Shown here: positions 24,877 through 36,434 of the stretch, in pieces | Position numbering within the stretch: position 1 is the stretch's first letter | How the letters are laid out: every line of letters starts with the position of its first letter | From: Diadema antillarum | Taxonomy: Eukaryota | Direction: 5' to 3' | Length of the DNA: 64,000 nt | Assembly (NCBI RefSeq): GCF_040938485.1 | Contig: NW_027271324.1 | Span: forward strand, 682,001 to 746,000 | Program-made: the position numbers and the translations under genes | The notes under the pieces: model-generated | What the model was told of the DNA's origin: nothing | Seen by the model: only the letters and a program-made list of their open reading frames with translations | Databases searched by the model: none

Positions 24877-25122
24877 TATAATTGCATTGGCTTGAATGGT
24901 TTAGCTAATGAGACGTACAGGATGTTTCACCATAAGGCTCATCAGTGACTGACCATTTGTTTGTTTTGTTTTGCTTCTTTCATTTATGAGGGAAGAAGAC
25001 GGCACGAAGGGTTGTATCGTCTTCTCTTTTGAATGCAAAAATACTGGTCAGTGCTGATGAGCTTTCGGGTGAAGCAGGCTGCATGACTCATAAGCTAAAC
25101 TATTCCAGCCAATACAATTATA
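24877..25122. mobile_element. Fold-back MITE with ~75-bp imperfect TIRs
   Basis: TATAATTGCATTGGCTTGAATGGTTTAGCTAATGAG...GCTCATCAG.GACTGACCA is mirrored by TGGTCAGTGCTGATGAGC...CTCATAAGCTAAACTATTCCAGCCAATACAATTATA. Confidence 0.75.
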
Positions 25123-25879
25123 TTTTTGATGACTTTATCTTTAGGATATTTCGATTATGAGAGAGTCAATTTATACATTTCACGGAGGTTTGGAAAGATT
25201 TAAAATGAATTACATTATAATTCACCACATTCCCTAAAAAAAAAAAAAAATAACCTTATATAAATTTCATAATCTGCAACGATAACAAGGAACATCATGA
25301 AAATTTCAGTTGCTAATATAGTACAATGTATTACCTGTTTGTATCATCATTGTATCAGAGTGCATGTATTCAGAACTACCATTTAGGAATCCATATCCAA
25401 AACTCATTTCTATTTCAGAACAACTGGGCCATGTGTTCATTGCTTCTAAGTCGTTTAACTGATATACATGGATATGATTATGAACACTTTTTTAAGTGTG
25501 CACGACACAGCACTTTAGCATGTACTGTGAAGGAATACAATAGGTCCTAACAATGATACTGCACTATCATTTGCAAAAATTCAGAACACCTTATAAAAAG
25601 TAGAATTTGACCCAAAGCTGTACTCTATAAACGTGAGATATGTTTGAAAAAAATCAAATATAAACATTTTAAAAATTATTTCAAAATAAAGTTGAAGAAA
25701 TACTAGTAGTTTGCATAGTTGCAAGCCGTTGTCATTATCATGATTATTGCGTAAAGACTTACGGCTCAATGAAGTGCACATAATGTTCAAGACATACCAG
25801 TAATTGAGACCTGCGATCATAGAAGCTAATGCATATTACATCAACGATTCTTTTACGGGCTTTTTAGATGGCATTGTAT

Positions 25880-25978
25880 TCTTTAAATCATATACAATTG
25901 GTAGCATTTTGATTGATCCACGGACGGACGGACAACCCGAAAACTTCTCGGACCTCTTCTGGCGGAAGCATAAAAAGT
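25880..25978 (-). mobile_element. 5' end of a HINE/DINE-1-like element
   Basis: Minus strand reads TTTTTATGCTTCCGCC...GTCCGTCCGTCCGT, the same layout as the 11805 element. The far end was not located. Confidence 0.5.
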
Positions 25979-26589
25979 TTGCCATGTACATCCATCATAG
26001 TAACATTATTAAACATGAAACGGTGACATTTGAAAATAGAACTTTATACCCTTATATTCTCAGGAAAGATACACAATTATGCAATGTTCTTCAAAGGGTA
26101 ATTTTTAAGTTTCAAAAAGTTGACTTCCATCAGAACAGTACTGCTCTACTTTGGCAATTGGAAGCAAATGACATACCATCCAATCTGAGTTAGTGATATT
26201 TTCATACTCTATCTAGTGCGCTCTTAGTAGTCAATTCTTGTGCATGGACACTCATCCTACCAAGTGATGTGCTGGGCAAGACATCATGACATTACATTGG
26301 CGTCAATAAAGAATGACAGAAACATTTATCTTTTTTTTTTTACAATAACTGTCAGTTTTGTCAATTGATTCCTTTACCCAAAGTAGGGCAGAGTACCCCA
26401 AAGTTTAAACACCTGCGTTTTTCTCCTTTTTTTTTTTTTGGACATGCATACTATCTTGAACATCAACAACATCTCTGTACTATTATACAAAACGATGAAC
26501 ATAAAGATCCATATTAATTTTTCATTGCTTCTGTATGGTCTGGGTGACTGGATGTGCATGAACCATTTATGATTCATTGTGACATAATT

Positions 26590-28770
26590 CTACATTTGAC
26601 AAGTAGCACTATTATGGCCAGCATATTTGCCACACTTTCCACACTTGTAGGATTTTCGTGGAAGTTTTATGCCTTTGTGTGCACGGTAGAGGCGTCTATT
26701 GCTCCTTCGCATGATCTGGACTAGTGACTCAACTCCTCTTCGATGATTAGTACCTCTAAAGTATTCCGTTGTTGTCATGTCATTTAATTTTTCTAGTCCC
26801 TGAGCATTGAATATGTGGATAGAACCTAGCCTTTCTATGATATCAGCGGCATGTACTACAAAGAGATGCATGTAGGGGGTTGCTATCTTCGAAGTGCAAG
26901 CATCTACCAGGTTGTCATACCACTCAACCAAGTCATTTCTCAACTTTGTCAATTTGGCAGGCCTGTCAGGAGACATGGCCTCAGCCTTCTTGAATGATCG
27001 AACATCGTCATACAGAACCCTAAACCTGCGCCATGCATTTACCACTACATGTCCGTGTGCATGAGAGTCAACAAGCTTTTCTATGTCATCCAAGACTTTC
27101 TCAACTTTTTGTTTTTCTGGTCCTCTCAGATCCCGGCATTTGACCATTTTGGCATCTTTGTCATAAGCCAGAGGAGCACCACGCACACCTGCTTTCTTCA
27201 AGATGTCTTCCATCTTAGCGCATCTTTTCATTTTTTCAGGAGCATAACACCTACTCACTGATCCAATTTCTTGCAAGTCAAGCTCGTTGATCATCTGAAT
27301 AATCTTCTTCAGTAACCTGTCTGTGATTCTAAGATACATGTGCAACGTATCAAAAACTACGTTCTCCGTTCCGATCGACTTGAATATAGGATCTCGTACA
27401 CAGGAATATCCCTTTTCACCGATTCTCCTGGGCTGTTTTGGAGCTGTAACATGCAAATGTTGACTATCAATCAGGCAGTAGATACACGGATATTTGGAAT
27501 TGGCCGCTCCCATTCCACAGATGGTTAGAAGAAACTTGTAATCTCCTGATAAATGATATCGAATAGTGTACTCCAACTCGTCAATGACAACACTTGTGAA
27601 GGAAGCTACATCCTGCACTATATCCACCAAGTGTTCTTTCAACTGACTGTATTTCTCTTCATCGCAAAGTATCGCTATGGGATGATGTACACTTGCGGAA
27701 GTTGCATTGGCTTCATCGTTTAGAATTGTACATGTGACATTCACGTAATGCCAATGGCCTACCACTGTGCCATCTCCAGTTATCTTCACATCTACGTTCT
27801 GCTTACCTTTTCCAAGTATGCCCTTGTCTACAAGACATTCAATTTCTTTTTTCAAAAGTACCTTTATATCTCTTTGAACTCCTGGGTTAGACGACTTGGT
27901 TTTGGACAAAGGGATATCCATTTCGCATTCAGTGATTGTCATGTGGCTTTTTACTTTTTTGAGATTCGGGATATTGCTGATACACGCAAGTGCATTCCAA
28001 GACTCATCTGAGATGCCATGAGCATCCTTTACTAGCACGGCGAGATTTACCCTTTGTAAAATGTCCTCTTCATTACATCCTGTCATGCTACACAACTCTT
28101 CTGTATCTTCAATCAGAGAAATATCCTTCAGTTCTCCACTGTTTGTGTCTGTTACAGTGATATGTATGACACGAACTCCCCACGAATCAAGAAATTGCAA
28201 CCTGGCCCGACACTCTTCTTTGAGATGCATTGAGAGTCTCCTGGCATGTCTCCTTGAGTAATGTTCTTTTCTCATCCATGCTGATCGCTTGCCTGATTGT
28301 CTATTTCTCAGTAACATAGAGAGATGCAGAGCACGTTTCTTGTACTTTTTCCTGATCAATTCAAGGCGTTCATTCTTTTTCAAAGCTTTTTCAAGCTTCT
28401 GTTTTATGTCTGTCAACTTCTCATTTTTTCTTTTCAGTTTCTTTATGGTATCAAGCAGACTTTTTTGCGGACATTCTGACTGCAAAATTTTAAGCTGCCA
28501 TGTCTTTGTCTTTTTAAGCCACTTACTGAACAGAGCTCGCTGCTTCCCTCCACGTCGTGACTGCTTTATTCGAGAAAAAAGTCCTTTAGGTCTGATTAGA
28601 TACGATTTTATTGCATTCAGTAGACGAGGAGTTGAAGAAATATTCATAGAATAATGTTGACATATAGAAGAAAACACAATGTTTGAAACCTGTTGTGGAC
28701 CCTTATGCATATGTAACTTTGTAACTTCAGTAACAAAAGCCAAATCTACATTTAAAAAAAAGTATGCCAT
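26590..28770 (-). CDS. RAG1-core/Transib-related DDE transposase, 726 aa, intronless, intact
   Basis: Motifs align by eye with RAG1 core: VKITGDG (vs VKESCDG, D600); GDYKFL..GMGAANSKYPCIYC (vs GYDEKL..GLEASGSVYICTLC, D708 plus CxxC); FDTLH (vs IDALH); TPYMHLFVVHAADIIERLGSIHIFNAQGLEKLND (vs [33 protein letters not shown], HxxxxH plus E962). Also an N-terminal basic coiled coil and a C-terminal CxxC..GHN...C knuckle. Confidence 0.85.
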   Translation of the reverse strand: MAYFFLNVDLAFVTEVTKLHMHKGPQQVSNIVFSSICQHYSMNISSTPRLLNAIKSYLIRPKGLFSRIKQSRRGGKQRALFSKWLKKTKTWQLKILQSECPQKSLLDTIKKLKRKNEKLTDIKQKLEKALKKNERLELIRKKYKKRALHLSMLLRNRQSGKRSAWMRKEHYSRRHARRLSMHLKEECRARLQFLDSWGVRVIHITVTDTNSGELKDISLIEDTEELCSMTGCNEEDILQRVNLAVLVKDAHGISDESWNALACISNIPNLKKVKSHMTITECEMDIPLSKTKSSNPGVQRDIKVLLKKEIECLVDKGILGKGKQNVDVKITGDGTVVGHWHYVNVTCTILNDEANATSASVHHPIAILCDEEKYSQLKEHLVDIVQDVASFTSVVIDELEYTIRYHLSGDYKFLLTICGMGAANSKYPCIYCLIDSQHLHVTAPKQPRRIGEKGYSCVRDPIFKSIGTENVVFDTLHMYLRITDRLLKKIIQMINELDLQEIGSVSRCYAPEKMKRCAKMEDILKKAGVRGAPLAYDKDAKMVKCRDLRGPEKQKVEKVLDDIEKLVDSHAHGHVVVNAWRRFRVLYDDVRSFKKAEAMSPDRPAKLTKLRNDLVEWYDNLVDACTSKIATPYMHLFVVHAADIIERLGSIHIFNAQGLEKLNDMTTTEYFRGTNHRRGVESLVQIMRRSNRRLYRAHKGIKLPRKSYKCGKCGKYAGHNSATCQM

Positions 28771-28904
28771 AGTTCATGAATGAATCAAACTGCATAAAAA
28801 ATATGGAAATGACGTGTGAGTGTAAAATGTCTCAATAACTTTGAAACTAAGAAACTGTAAAACTCTTAAACAACCCTGAAACAAAACGTTGTTGTGTCTT
28901 GACT

Positions 28905-31875
28905 TCATTTCTGTTGTTTCCACTCTTCTCGAGTTCCATACGACCTTATGAACCTCAACATCAGATAGTGCCCTCTCTCCAGGTGATGTTCTTGCAGGGT
29001 ACCACTACGTTCCACAAATTCGGTAATTGGTCTCATTTTCCTGAGCTTTAGGTAAAGGCCCTTTTCTTTCACGTATGCGAAATCCCCTGCCATATTGGTT
29101 ATTCTTACGTTCCAGTCGGGTCCGAGGATGGCATTCAGCTCATTCATTAGGTTACGGTCTTGAGTATTTTTACAAAGTGCAAATACTTCCTCGAACACCA
29201 GTGGATCTACAGGGACACGTGCCACGCACTCCGGATTCTGGTTTATGCTGATTGTAAGTTTTTCCTTTATGGCAAGCCTGAGCGCAGTCTTGACATCACT
29301 TGCTGTTCCGCAGCTGCCTGAAAAATCTTCTTTGGTGATGAGATCCGCCTGAAATTAAAAGTCAAGTTCATACAATCTCTCTGTAAATCAAAGATGATAA
29401 TACTAAGCACCCATCATTTATTAGAGAAGTGGTAAGTATACACACGAAGGATAAGTAGGTAGAAAGGAATCATGTACAATGTATAACTGAATTATAACAA
29501 TGGCTTTATCCCTTCGGCAGTTTAATGTTAAACATGGGTTACATGATTAGGAATATACGTTTTCCTGTTCAATTTCGTATTAGTGCATGGAAGAGTATAG
29601 AGAGTCATTCAATTTCGATATAGGGCAACAAAAAAAAAATTCATAATGGGCATTCAGTTTCACATTAGAGCAATCTACAGAGTAAAAACATTATTTAGAT
29701 TCCATATACCATAGGGCATTCAAGTAAGCACGAAAAGACACGTGACTGAAGATTCCTGATAGATTATTTGAATTATGTTACACAATTAAGAACAAGCATC
29801 TCTACCAATTATACATGTTGATTCCTGGTGACGTGCAATACCGCATACATCTCATTTTATTGCGTTACTTGTTCATCTTCACATTGTATACAATGTATGA
29901 CAAATTTTCTAACATTTTTGTCAATCATATCATTTCCTCAAATCTAAGCTTCCCCCTAAAAACAAAAATATAAATATAAACAACCCTCCAGATATATAAG
30001 GTGACATCATTTGTCAAACGCAAGTCAGCTAAACTAAATTCTACAATTGACAGTGGAATTTAACTTCCCAAGAGCTTTTGGAGCATAGGACTTTTTTAGG
30101 GACTTTGTACAACACATTCACAGTGCCTTCATTTTCCAAGAGATGGACAGCATTTCTGACATAGGAATTCTCTTCTATGCTGGTATTGTATATAATTATG
30201 AAGAAGTGATCAGCTCTGGGAAGACAACATTGCAGTATCTATTGTACGTTCCTGTTAGTTGAACTGATTTGTGTTTGGCAAATGATGTCCTCTCCAGACT
30301 GTGCTCTGGAGTATTTTTTATCTTTATTTGAGCTTAGGTTTGAGAAAATGAAAAAAATGTTTGAAAATCTATTCAAGTACATGTGAAGATGAATAAGTAG
30401 CACAATAAAATGAGATGTATGCAGCATCCATGCACATCAGCAGGAGTCAACAGGCATTTGGCTTTCCATTGACCATAGTTTAAATTTTGGAAAATACATC
30501 TTACCTTTTCCAGCCACTGATCCCACTGATCCCCCCATCCGGTATAGTGAACTAAAACCGTGTGATCATCTTCCTCCAGAATCTTTCATGTAAAAATAAA
30601 CAGAGCATCAATAATTAATTGTAAGAACTAGAGTTTCTATGATAAGTTATCAAATGAAATGATGAAAACGATTTTCTAGAATGAGATGAACAATCTAGAC
30701 AATATACTTAATAAGCTATCACCTTGTGCTATAAGTATAGTATAATACTCACGGAAATAAGAAAAAAGCTACCCACGCACTACTGTCTCTAAAGTGTTCG
30801 ATATTATTTTTTTACTGGGACTTTTATTAAATACTGCTGTGCTTCAGTGCTTTAATATGGTTGACAGTTATTAAACACTAACGTCAGATTTACAGTCGAT
30901 GAAAATGAAAATGAAATGATGAAAAAAAAAATTAATCCAATTTTTTCCATTTTTTCCCCCGGGTCGGGGGGAGGGGGGGGGGGGGAGACAGGAAGTAACC
31001 ATGGTGTTACGATTACGTGGTCGAGGACGTGATGCGTTTCATGAAACGGTAAACTTTTTGTCAGTGATATACACTGACAACTGTTGAAAGCTACTGAAAT
31101 CCTTGCGTCTGATTGGCTGATAGCAAATTTGTCGGTGAAAACCTCCGACGAACTTGTTGATGAAACGCCCCCCAGATGGGCGCTCATATCACCCGCCTTC
31201 CTGACAACATGGTCCATGTTGGGGGACCTAATTTACACCCTAAGCCTGAGGCCTGCTCCCGAGACTGTAACTTGGCTAGAACAATTGAGGGACGTTATTT
31301 AACTGCCGCTGAATACGCAAGAAAAAGGCTCATTCGTGTTAATTACCGCTCACTGACCCTGGTGGACCGGGTTACGGTTGGTGCTGTTACTACGTTAATA
31401 CTACGTACTACTAGTTACTATAGCTAGTACACTACAGACTAGAGTGTATACCTTACAGTAAGTGTTACCTTACAGTAAGTGTAAGTGTATACCTTACAGT
31501 ATACCTTACTGTTAGTGTTACTGACTGTTTTTACTAGTGACTGTTTGATGAATGCATAAATAGTTTTGACTTTTACTAGTTTAATCCCCTCTATAAATTA
31601 CACTAGTTTGATTCGTTATATTCTACATCGGCGCTAACAGTTACATGAGACAATACTTAAACATGCTTCAAAATATTAGAATGATGTTTAGTAGAGTTTA
31701 ACGTTAGGCCTACCTCGACATCAAATGCTGACTTTTTGTTCCACTGGCACTGCAGTTGTTTTCTCCTGGGTCTCCGCGGTAGGCCTAATTCTGGAAGTTC
31801 TTGAAGTTTTTTGAAATGTCCGATGCAATATGAAGCACATCTTCTCCTTGGTCTTTGGGTTGGGTGTTCATTCAT
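28905..31875 (-). CDS. Chromo-barrel (Tudor-knot) domain protein with uncharacterised C-terminal domain, 3 exons, about 227 aa
   Basis: Exons 31875-31714 (donor GAG|GTAGGC), 30582-30505 (AAG acceptor, donor AAG|GTAAGA) and 29348-28905 (TTTTAATTTCAG acceptor), all phase 0. They join to ...AFDVE-ILEEDDHTVLVHYTGWGDQWDQWLEK-ADLIT.... VHYxGWxxxWDxW is the MRG15/MOF/Esa1 chromo-barrel signature. The true start may lie upstream. Confidence 0.72.
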
Positions 31876-32775
31876 TGGTTCCAGAATGAAGTAGTCTCGT
31901 ACTTGTAGAATAGAGGTCTAGAGCCCTACTCGATGAAGTCCAAATATGAAATAAGTTCTAACACTTTCTTGTGTTGCATGCATACGTAATATTACGTATA
32001 CAACTACATCTAGTCACATTAGCTATATTACTAGTATAGCTAGCTAGCTATCCCCTCAGTGCATGCATAATACAGCTAGCTGCGCGCATCGCATGCTGGT
32101 ATTTCGCGGAGCGCGACCACGCTAGCCAGCCGTCCAGCGCTAGCTCGTGATTGGCTAATATCTTTGACCTGTGTTTGTATGCAAATGAGGTCAACGCGTG
32201 ATCAATTAATGAATATTCATTATACACTACCAGCAACGGGTTTCAATTGGTTGTATGTTAATGAAAATATGACATCATACCTCATTAAGAGTTTGTCCGC
32301 CGACGTGTGTAGACTTTTTGTAATGACGAGCTCATGTGGTTTACAAGAACAGAAACAACAGAAACCCCCCTCTATATATATTGCGACTACTCACACCAGA
32401 GAGGCACTGCCTTTTGAAAAGCATGACTGTCATGACGTGACAGGATTAATCTGAGCCCACTTTCCTCATTGAGTTTCTGAGCTGTTGACCATCGGTAGGC
32501 CTATACATTTGGATTTGGAGTCACAATGTACAGAATCAGTCATGACGCATGCGGATCGCGCGCGCCGTCCTCATTAGCTTTACGCGCCAGTGGGCACTCT
32601 CGGCCAGCCGTGAAGCCACCTCATCATTATACCTCATGCACGACGATATCCATGGAGGGAGACGCTTTGCAGCTCCGCTACGTCTTAACGCACGCAAAAT
32701 TGATTCTACCACCGCCAACATGAGTGAAATTGCCCATCTCCTACTCATGATAAGTGATTGTTAAATACTATTACG

Positions 32776-32807
<32 letters not shown>

Positions 32808-33656
32808 CACGAATGATTTTTTTTTCTGTTACAAGTGTGGCCTTGGATATGATAATCGTAATATTTTTCAAGAGAATAGTTCGAGTCTCAGATATTATAT
32901 TCATCGTCCTGATTCTATGAATGCATATAGCATCACAACCAATCGCCAACACAAAGCTCAAGCTCATAAGTCACACATAGTGGTGACTGCTATGTAAAAC
33001 TGGTACTCTTTTCCCCCTGCGGTTGGAATTACTGTACTTCTTTGTATTTCTTCTATACTTCTAGTACCTATTATGAACGAAATAGAGACTGTAACTTGCC
33101 AGAATATTTTTTTAGATCTTCTGTACAACTGCTTAAAGAAAACCAAAGTACGCAGTTTATGATAGCTTCTTAAATCTATGCGATACACCAATTGCCCGGT
33201 TAGGGGAATAAACCCTTTATCCCTTTGATGNNNNNNNNNNNNNNNNNNNNNNNNNNNNNNNNNNNNNNNNNNNNNNNNNNNNNNNNNNNNNNNNNNNNNN
33301 NNNNNNNNNNNNNNNNNNNNNNNNNNNNNNNNNNNNNNNNNNNNNNNNNNNNNNNNNNNATTATGCACAATAGACCGAATCAGAACATGCGCAAACACAC
33401 TTTTGTCAGACGAAGCCAACGTCCTGTTTTCACAAACCATGAAAATAAATAATAATAGAAATGATAATCAATGAAGTACTGAACTGTTCCGTTTTAACTA
33501 ACATCCATGAGTGTCTCAAAGACAATATCTATGACCCTATCGTAGAATACAAAATGGAAACCCTCATCGATTCGCGATACCATCCAAACCGTTCGATACG
33601 CGATACCATTCAAAACCCTCATCCATAGGGATAAGATATAAAGATTCTAAAATGAA

Positions 33657-34240
33657 TATGCCAAGATGATTTTTAATACAAATCATCATACTGCTCAAAC
33701 TTCCTTGTTACAAACGCTGAAATGGCAGTCAGTTGAGCAACGTATAAAACATCAATATTGTATTCTCGTTTTCAAATTGCAAAATAATCTAATATCAGCT
33801 CATTTAGAATCATTGAAAACGAACAGTAAATTATAAGACACAAGGTTATTCTTTGAAATACCCACTTCAACCTCCCGTCCATGGACAGAATATAAAATAA
33901 ATTCTTTTGCATAAGAAAATTATGTAGGAGCTGCCTTGTTAATGAACTCCTTGTAAATTTTCAAACATGTACATCTCTCTATGGATTAAAAAAAGGGCAA
34001 AACCATAGATTATGTAGTCATTCAATTGATTTGTAATTGTGCAATATACCTGTATATCCATGTTTTAGGTATACTTATTCATCATTAGTCCACTTTTGAT
34101 GTTTTAGTTTACAGTGTTACCTATAACTGTATTGTGTATTTTCATGTAGAATGGTATTTGTTATTACTGCAGGGCCCCTTTGGAAAGCAGTTTAACAAAA
34201 CCGAACCGGCCAACTCTGCAGTATGAAATAAATAAAACAA
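33657..34240 (+). mobile_element. Degraded 3' end of an L2/CR1-group LINE
   Basis: Translates as YAKMIFNTNHHTAQTSLLQTLKWQSVEQRIKHQYCILVFKLQNNL, then PWTEYKINSFA and NELLV..LKK, resembling the C-terminus of L2/CR1-group ORF2. The 3' UTR ends GCAGGGCCCCTTTGGAAAGCAG...AAATAAATAAAA. Confidence 0.65.
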
Positions 34241-35321
34241 AATGAATGCATGAATAGATGTTCGATGCGCAATACCATACTACAATCAACGGTAGATGTG
34301 TAACTATCGTGCGCTAAATACAAGTTAAATACAAATTAAATACACAGAAACTGACTGATGCAATACACCATAAGCATTGTATTAGCTGCGATATGAATTG
34401 CCGATGTTCTATACGCAATGCCATCCAATCAACGGTAGATGCGTAACCATTGTGTGTTAACTACAAGTTTTAGACACACCCTAAGAATTGTAATAGTTGC
34501 GATGTGAACTGTTATTTGCGGCTTGCTACTGTGAGAACTGATATAGAAATTAAAATCAATCGAGATAATGAAATTCTAACTTTTACGGAGAAAGTCATAT
34601 GCAAACTAGAGTATCACTGTCCTATTATGGGATAAGACGATAATCAAAATTCATCAGGCTTACTTAAATTGCTCTTTATTGTATGAAATACCTGGATATG
34701 TTCGCTCTTTAGTAGATCTTTAAAGCATTTTTTCTGCTGCTTTTTCGAGCAAATCGTCTGCTAATCTCCCCTTAGCCGTCAGCCTTTGTGAAGACAGCCA
34801 TCGATATTTCTCATCCGTCATGTAAGGTCGTGGCGTGCAGTCATTTGTGACTATTTCAGGTTGGCATTGATTGTAGATAGAACGGTTGAACAATCAGAGG
34901 GCTATGGGGAGGATGCGTTCTTCGAACCATGAGAGCAGCAGATAAATATCGCTGTGCCGGGCTATAACTCTGACGATGAATCTCGGTGTTGCACACCAGA
35001 CACCAGAAAAAGCTTGGCAGCCAATCCTAACGTGTGCTGAATCGAAGGCTGTGACTGCGATTCGCTCTGCCGACCAATCACCGCACGTCAAGCGTTACGG
35101 CAGTCTTGGACGCATGCGCTGCATGAGCGGAAAAAAGAATAGACGCTCTTACTCTCCCTGCAATCTGCGTCAGTCGCGATGCTTCGTTCGCACGGGCACG
35201 TCTTCACAGCGAAGTAAACGTTGCCTCTGACTTCTTGCTGTTTGACTGAAACTCTTGCACAGCCCAAGTCATCATGACTCTTGCTTCTTCAGACCCGCAT
35301 TAGAAAATATTCGTCGTCAAT

Positions 35322-36434
35322 ATGGATCCTGACTGCGTAGACAGTTTTAATCTTACCATCGATGAAATTCCAAGCATGATATATGGACCGGGTCATACCT
35401 TTTATATCACTGCCTTCTTACCTCTCCTCATGGTAATAGGCGTGCTTGGTAATCTGGCGTTTATCTATGTCGTGATCAAAATTCCCCGGATGAGAACTTG
35501 CACGAACTGCTACCTCCTAAATCTGGCGATATCTGATATCATCTTTCTGCTGATGGCTATCGGTGAGAAAATTTGGCGATATGCAATGTCTCCGATACTT
35601 GATGATGATAATCCTATGGGACGAGGTGGTTGCATCTGGGTCTTTCTACTCTCTGATGCGGCCTACATAGCTTCCTTGTTTTTCATCACCTTCGTATCTG
35701 TAGAGCGGTATTGTGCCGTTTGCCGTCCCCAGAAAAAGAGCGAGACTAGTCAGTTCACGAAAACGGCTATCTTCACATCGGCTTCGTGGATCATATCGGC
35801 CATCGTGGCCGCAGCCTTAACTCCCTCCAATTTCATGTTTAATAAGTACTGCCTCCAATGGCCACCGGGACAGCAATTTGCAGACTACCCGACAACGTTC
35901 GCGTTCTGTCATCCCCTTCACGAATGGATAGCCGCCTACGCGCTGGGTATGCAAACGATACCATTCTTCATCTCCTTAGTCGTTAACATACTGCTGTATA
36001 TCGCAATAATACGTGGCTTAAACAGATCGATCGAACGATTGCGCATACACGGCGGTACCAAGGATAATGATACGAAAATGCGCGATCAAGTAGCACGTAT
36101 GCTGGTCATTAATGGTGCATTTTTCTTCTGTTCGTTGGCACCATTCGAGTTTGTCTCTGCCTTGAATATGGTTGCGAGAATGTCGGGAGAAAATTACTTT
36201 GGCTCCGCAACGGCCAAAGAAGTGCTGTCTTACGTGGGAAGATCATTGTCATACATTAATGCGGTCATCAACCCCATTATTTACACTGTAATGAGTAACC
36301 GTTACAGAGAGGCGTTCAAGCAGGCATTTCACATAGGCATGTCACGCTCATCGAAACGACTCATTTCGGGAAAATCCACAACTCAAGCCACCACCCAGGA
36401 ATACCTCAAAGTCAATCAAGACACGCGAATGTAA
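35322..36434 (+). CDS. Class A (rhodopsin-like) GPCR, TRH-receptor/neuropeptide-receptor-like, intronless, 370 aa
   Basis: Seven hydrophobic segments. GN in TM1, MRTCTNCYLLNLAISD (TRHR-like MRTPTNCYL), ERY in TM3, W in TM4, CxxP in TM6, NAVINPIIY in TM7. The ligand cannot be assigned. Confidence 0.92.
   Translation: MDPDCVDSFNLTIDEIPSMIYGPGHTFYITAFLPLLMVIGVLGNLAFIYVVIKIPRMRTCTNCYLLNLAISDIIFLLMAIGEKIWRYAMSPILDDDNPMGRGGCIWVFLLSDAAYIASLFFITFVSVERYCAVCRPQKKSETSQFTKTAIFTSASWIISAIVAAALTPSNFMFNKYCLQWPPGQQFADYPTTFAFCHPLHEWIAAYALGMQTIPFFISLVVNILLYIAIIRGLNRSIERLRIHGGTKDNDTKMRDQVARMLVINGAFFFCSLAPFEFVSALNMVARMSGENYFGSATAKEVLSYVGRSLSYINAVINPIIYTVMSNRYREAFKQAFHIGMSRSSKRLISGKSTTQATTQEYLKVNQDTRM

Noticed and set aside
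30248-30298. Possible extra in-frame exon (SGEDIICQTQISSTNRN) of the chromo-barrel gene
   Set aside because: Weak acceptor and donor. Direct splicing of the flanking exons is already in frame and gives a better chromo-barrel ending (WLEK-ADLI).
26575-32528. CATTGTG (26575-26581) and CACAATG (32522-32528) as Transib-like ends of the RAG1-like element
   Set aside because: They point outward rather than inward and share no similarity beyond 7 bp. No convincing TIR pair was found, so the element boundaries remain undefined.
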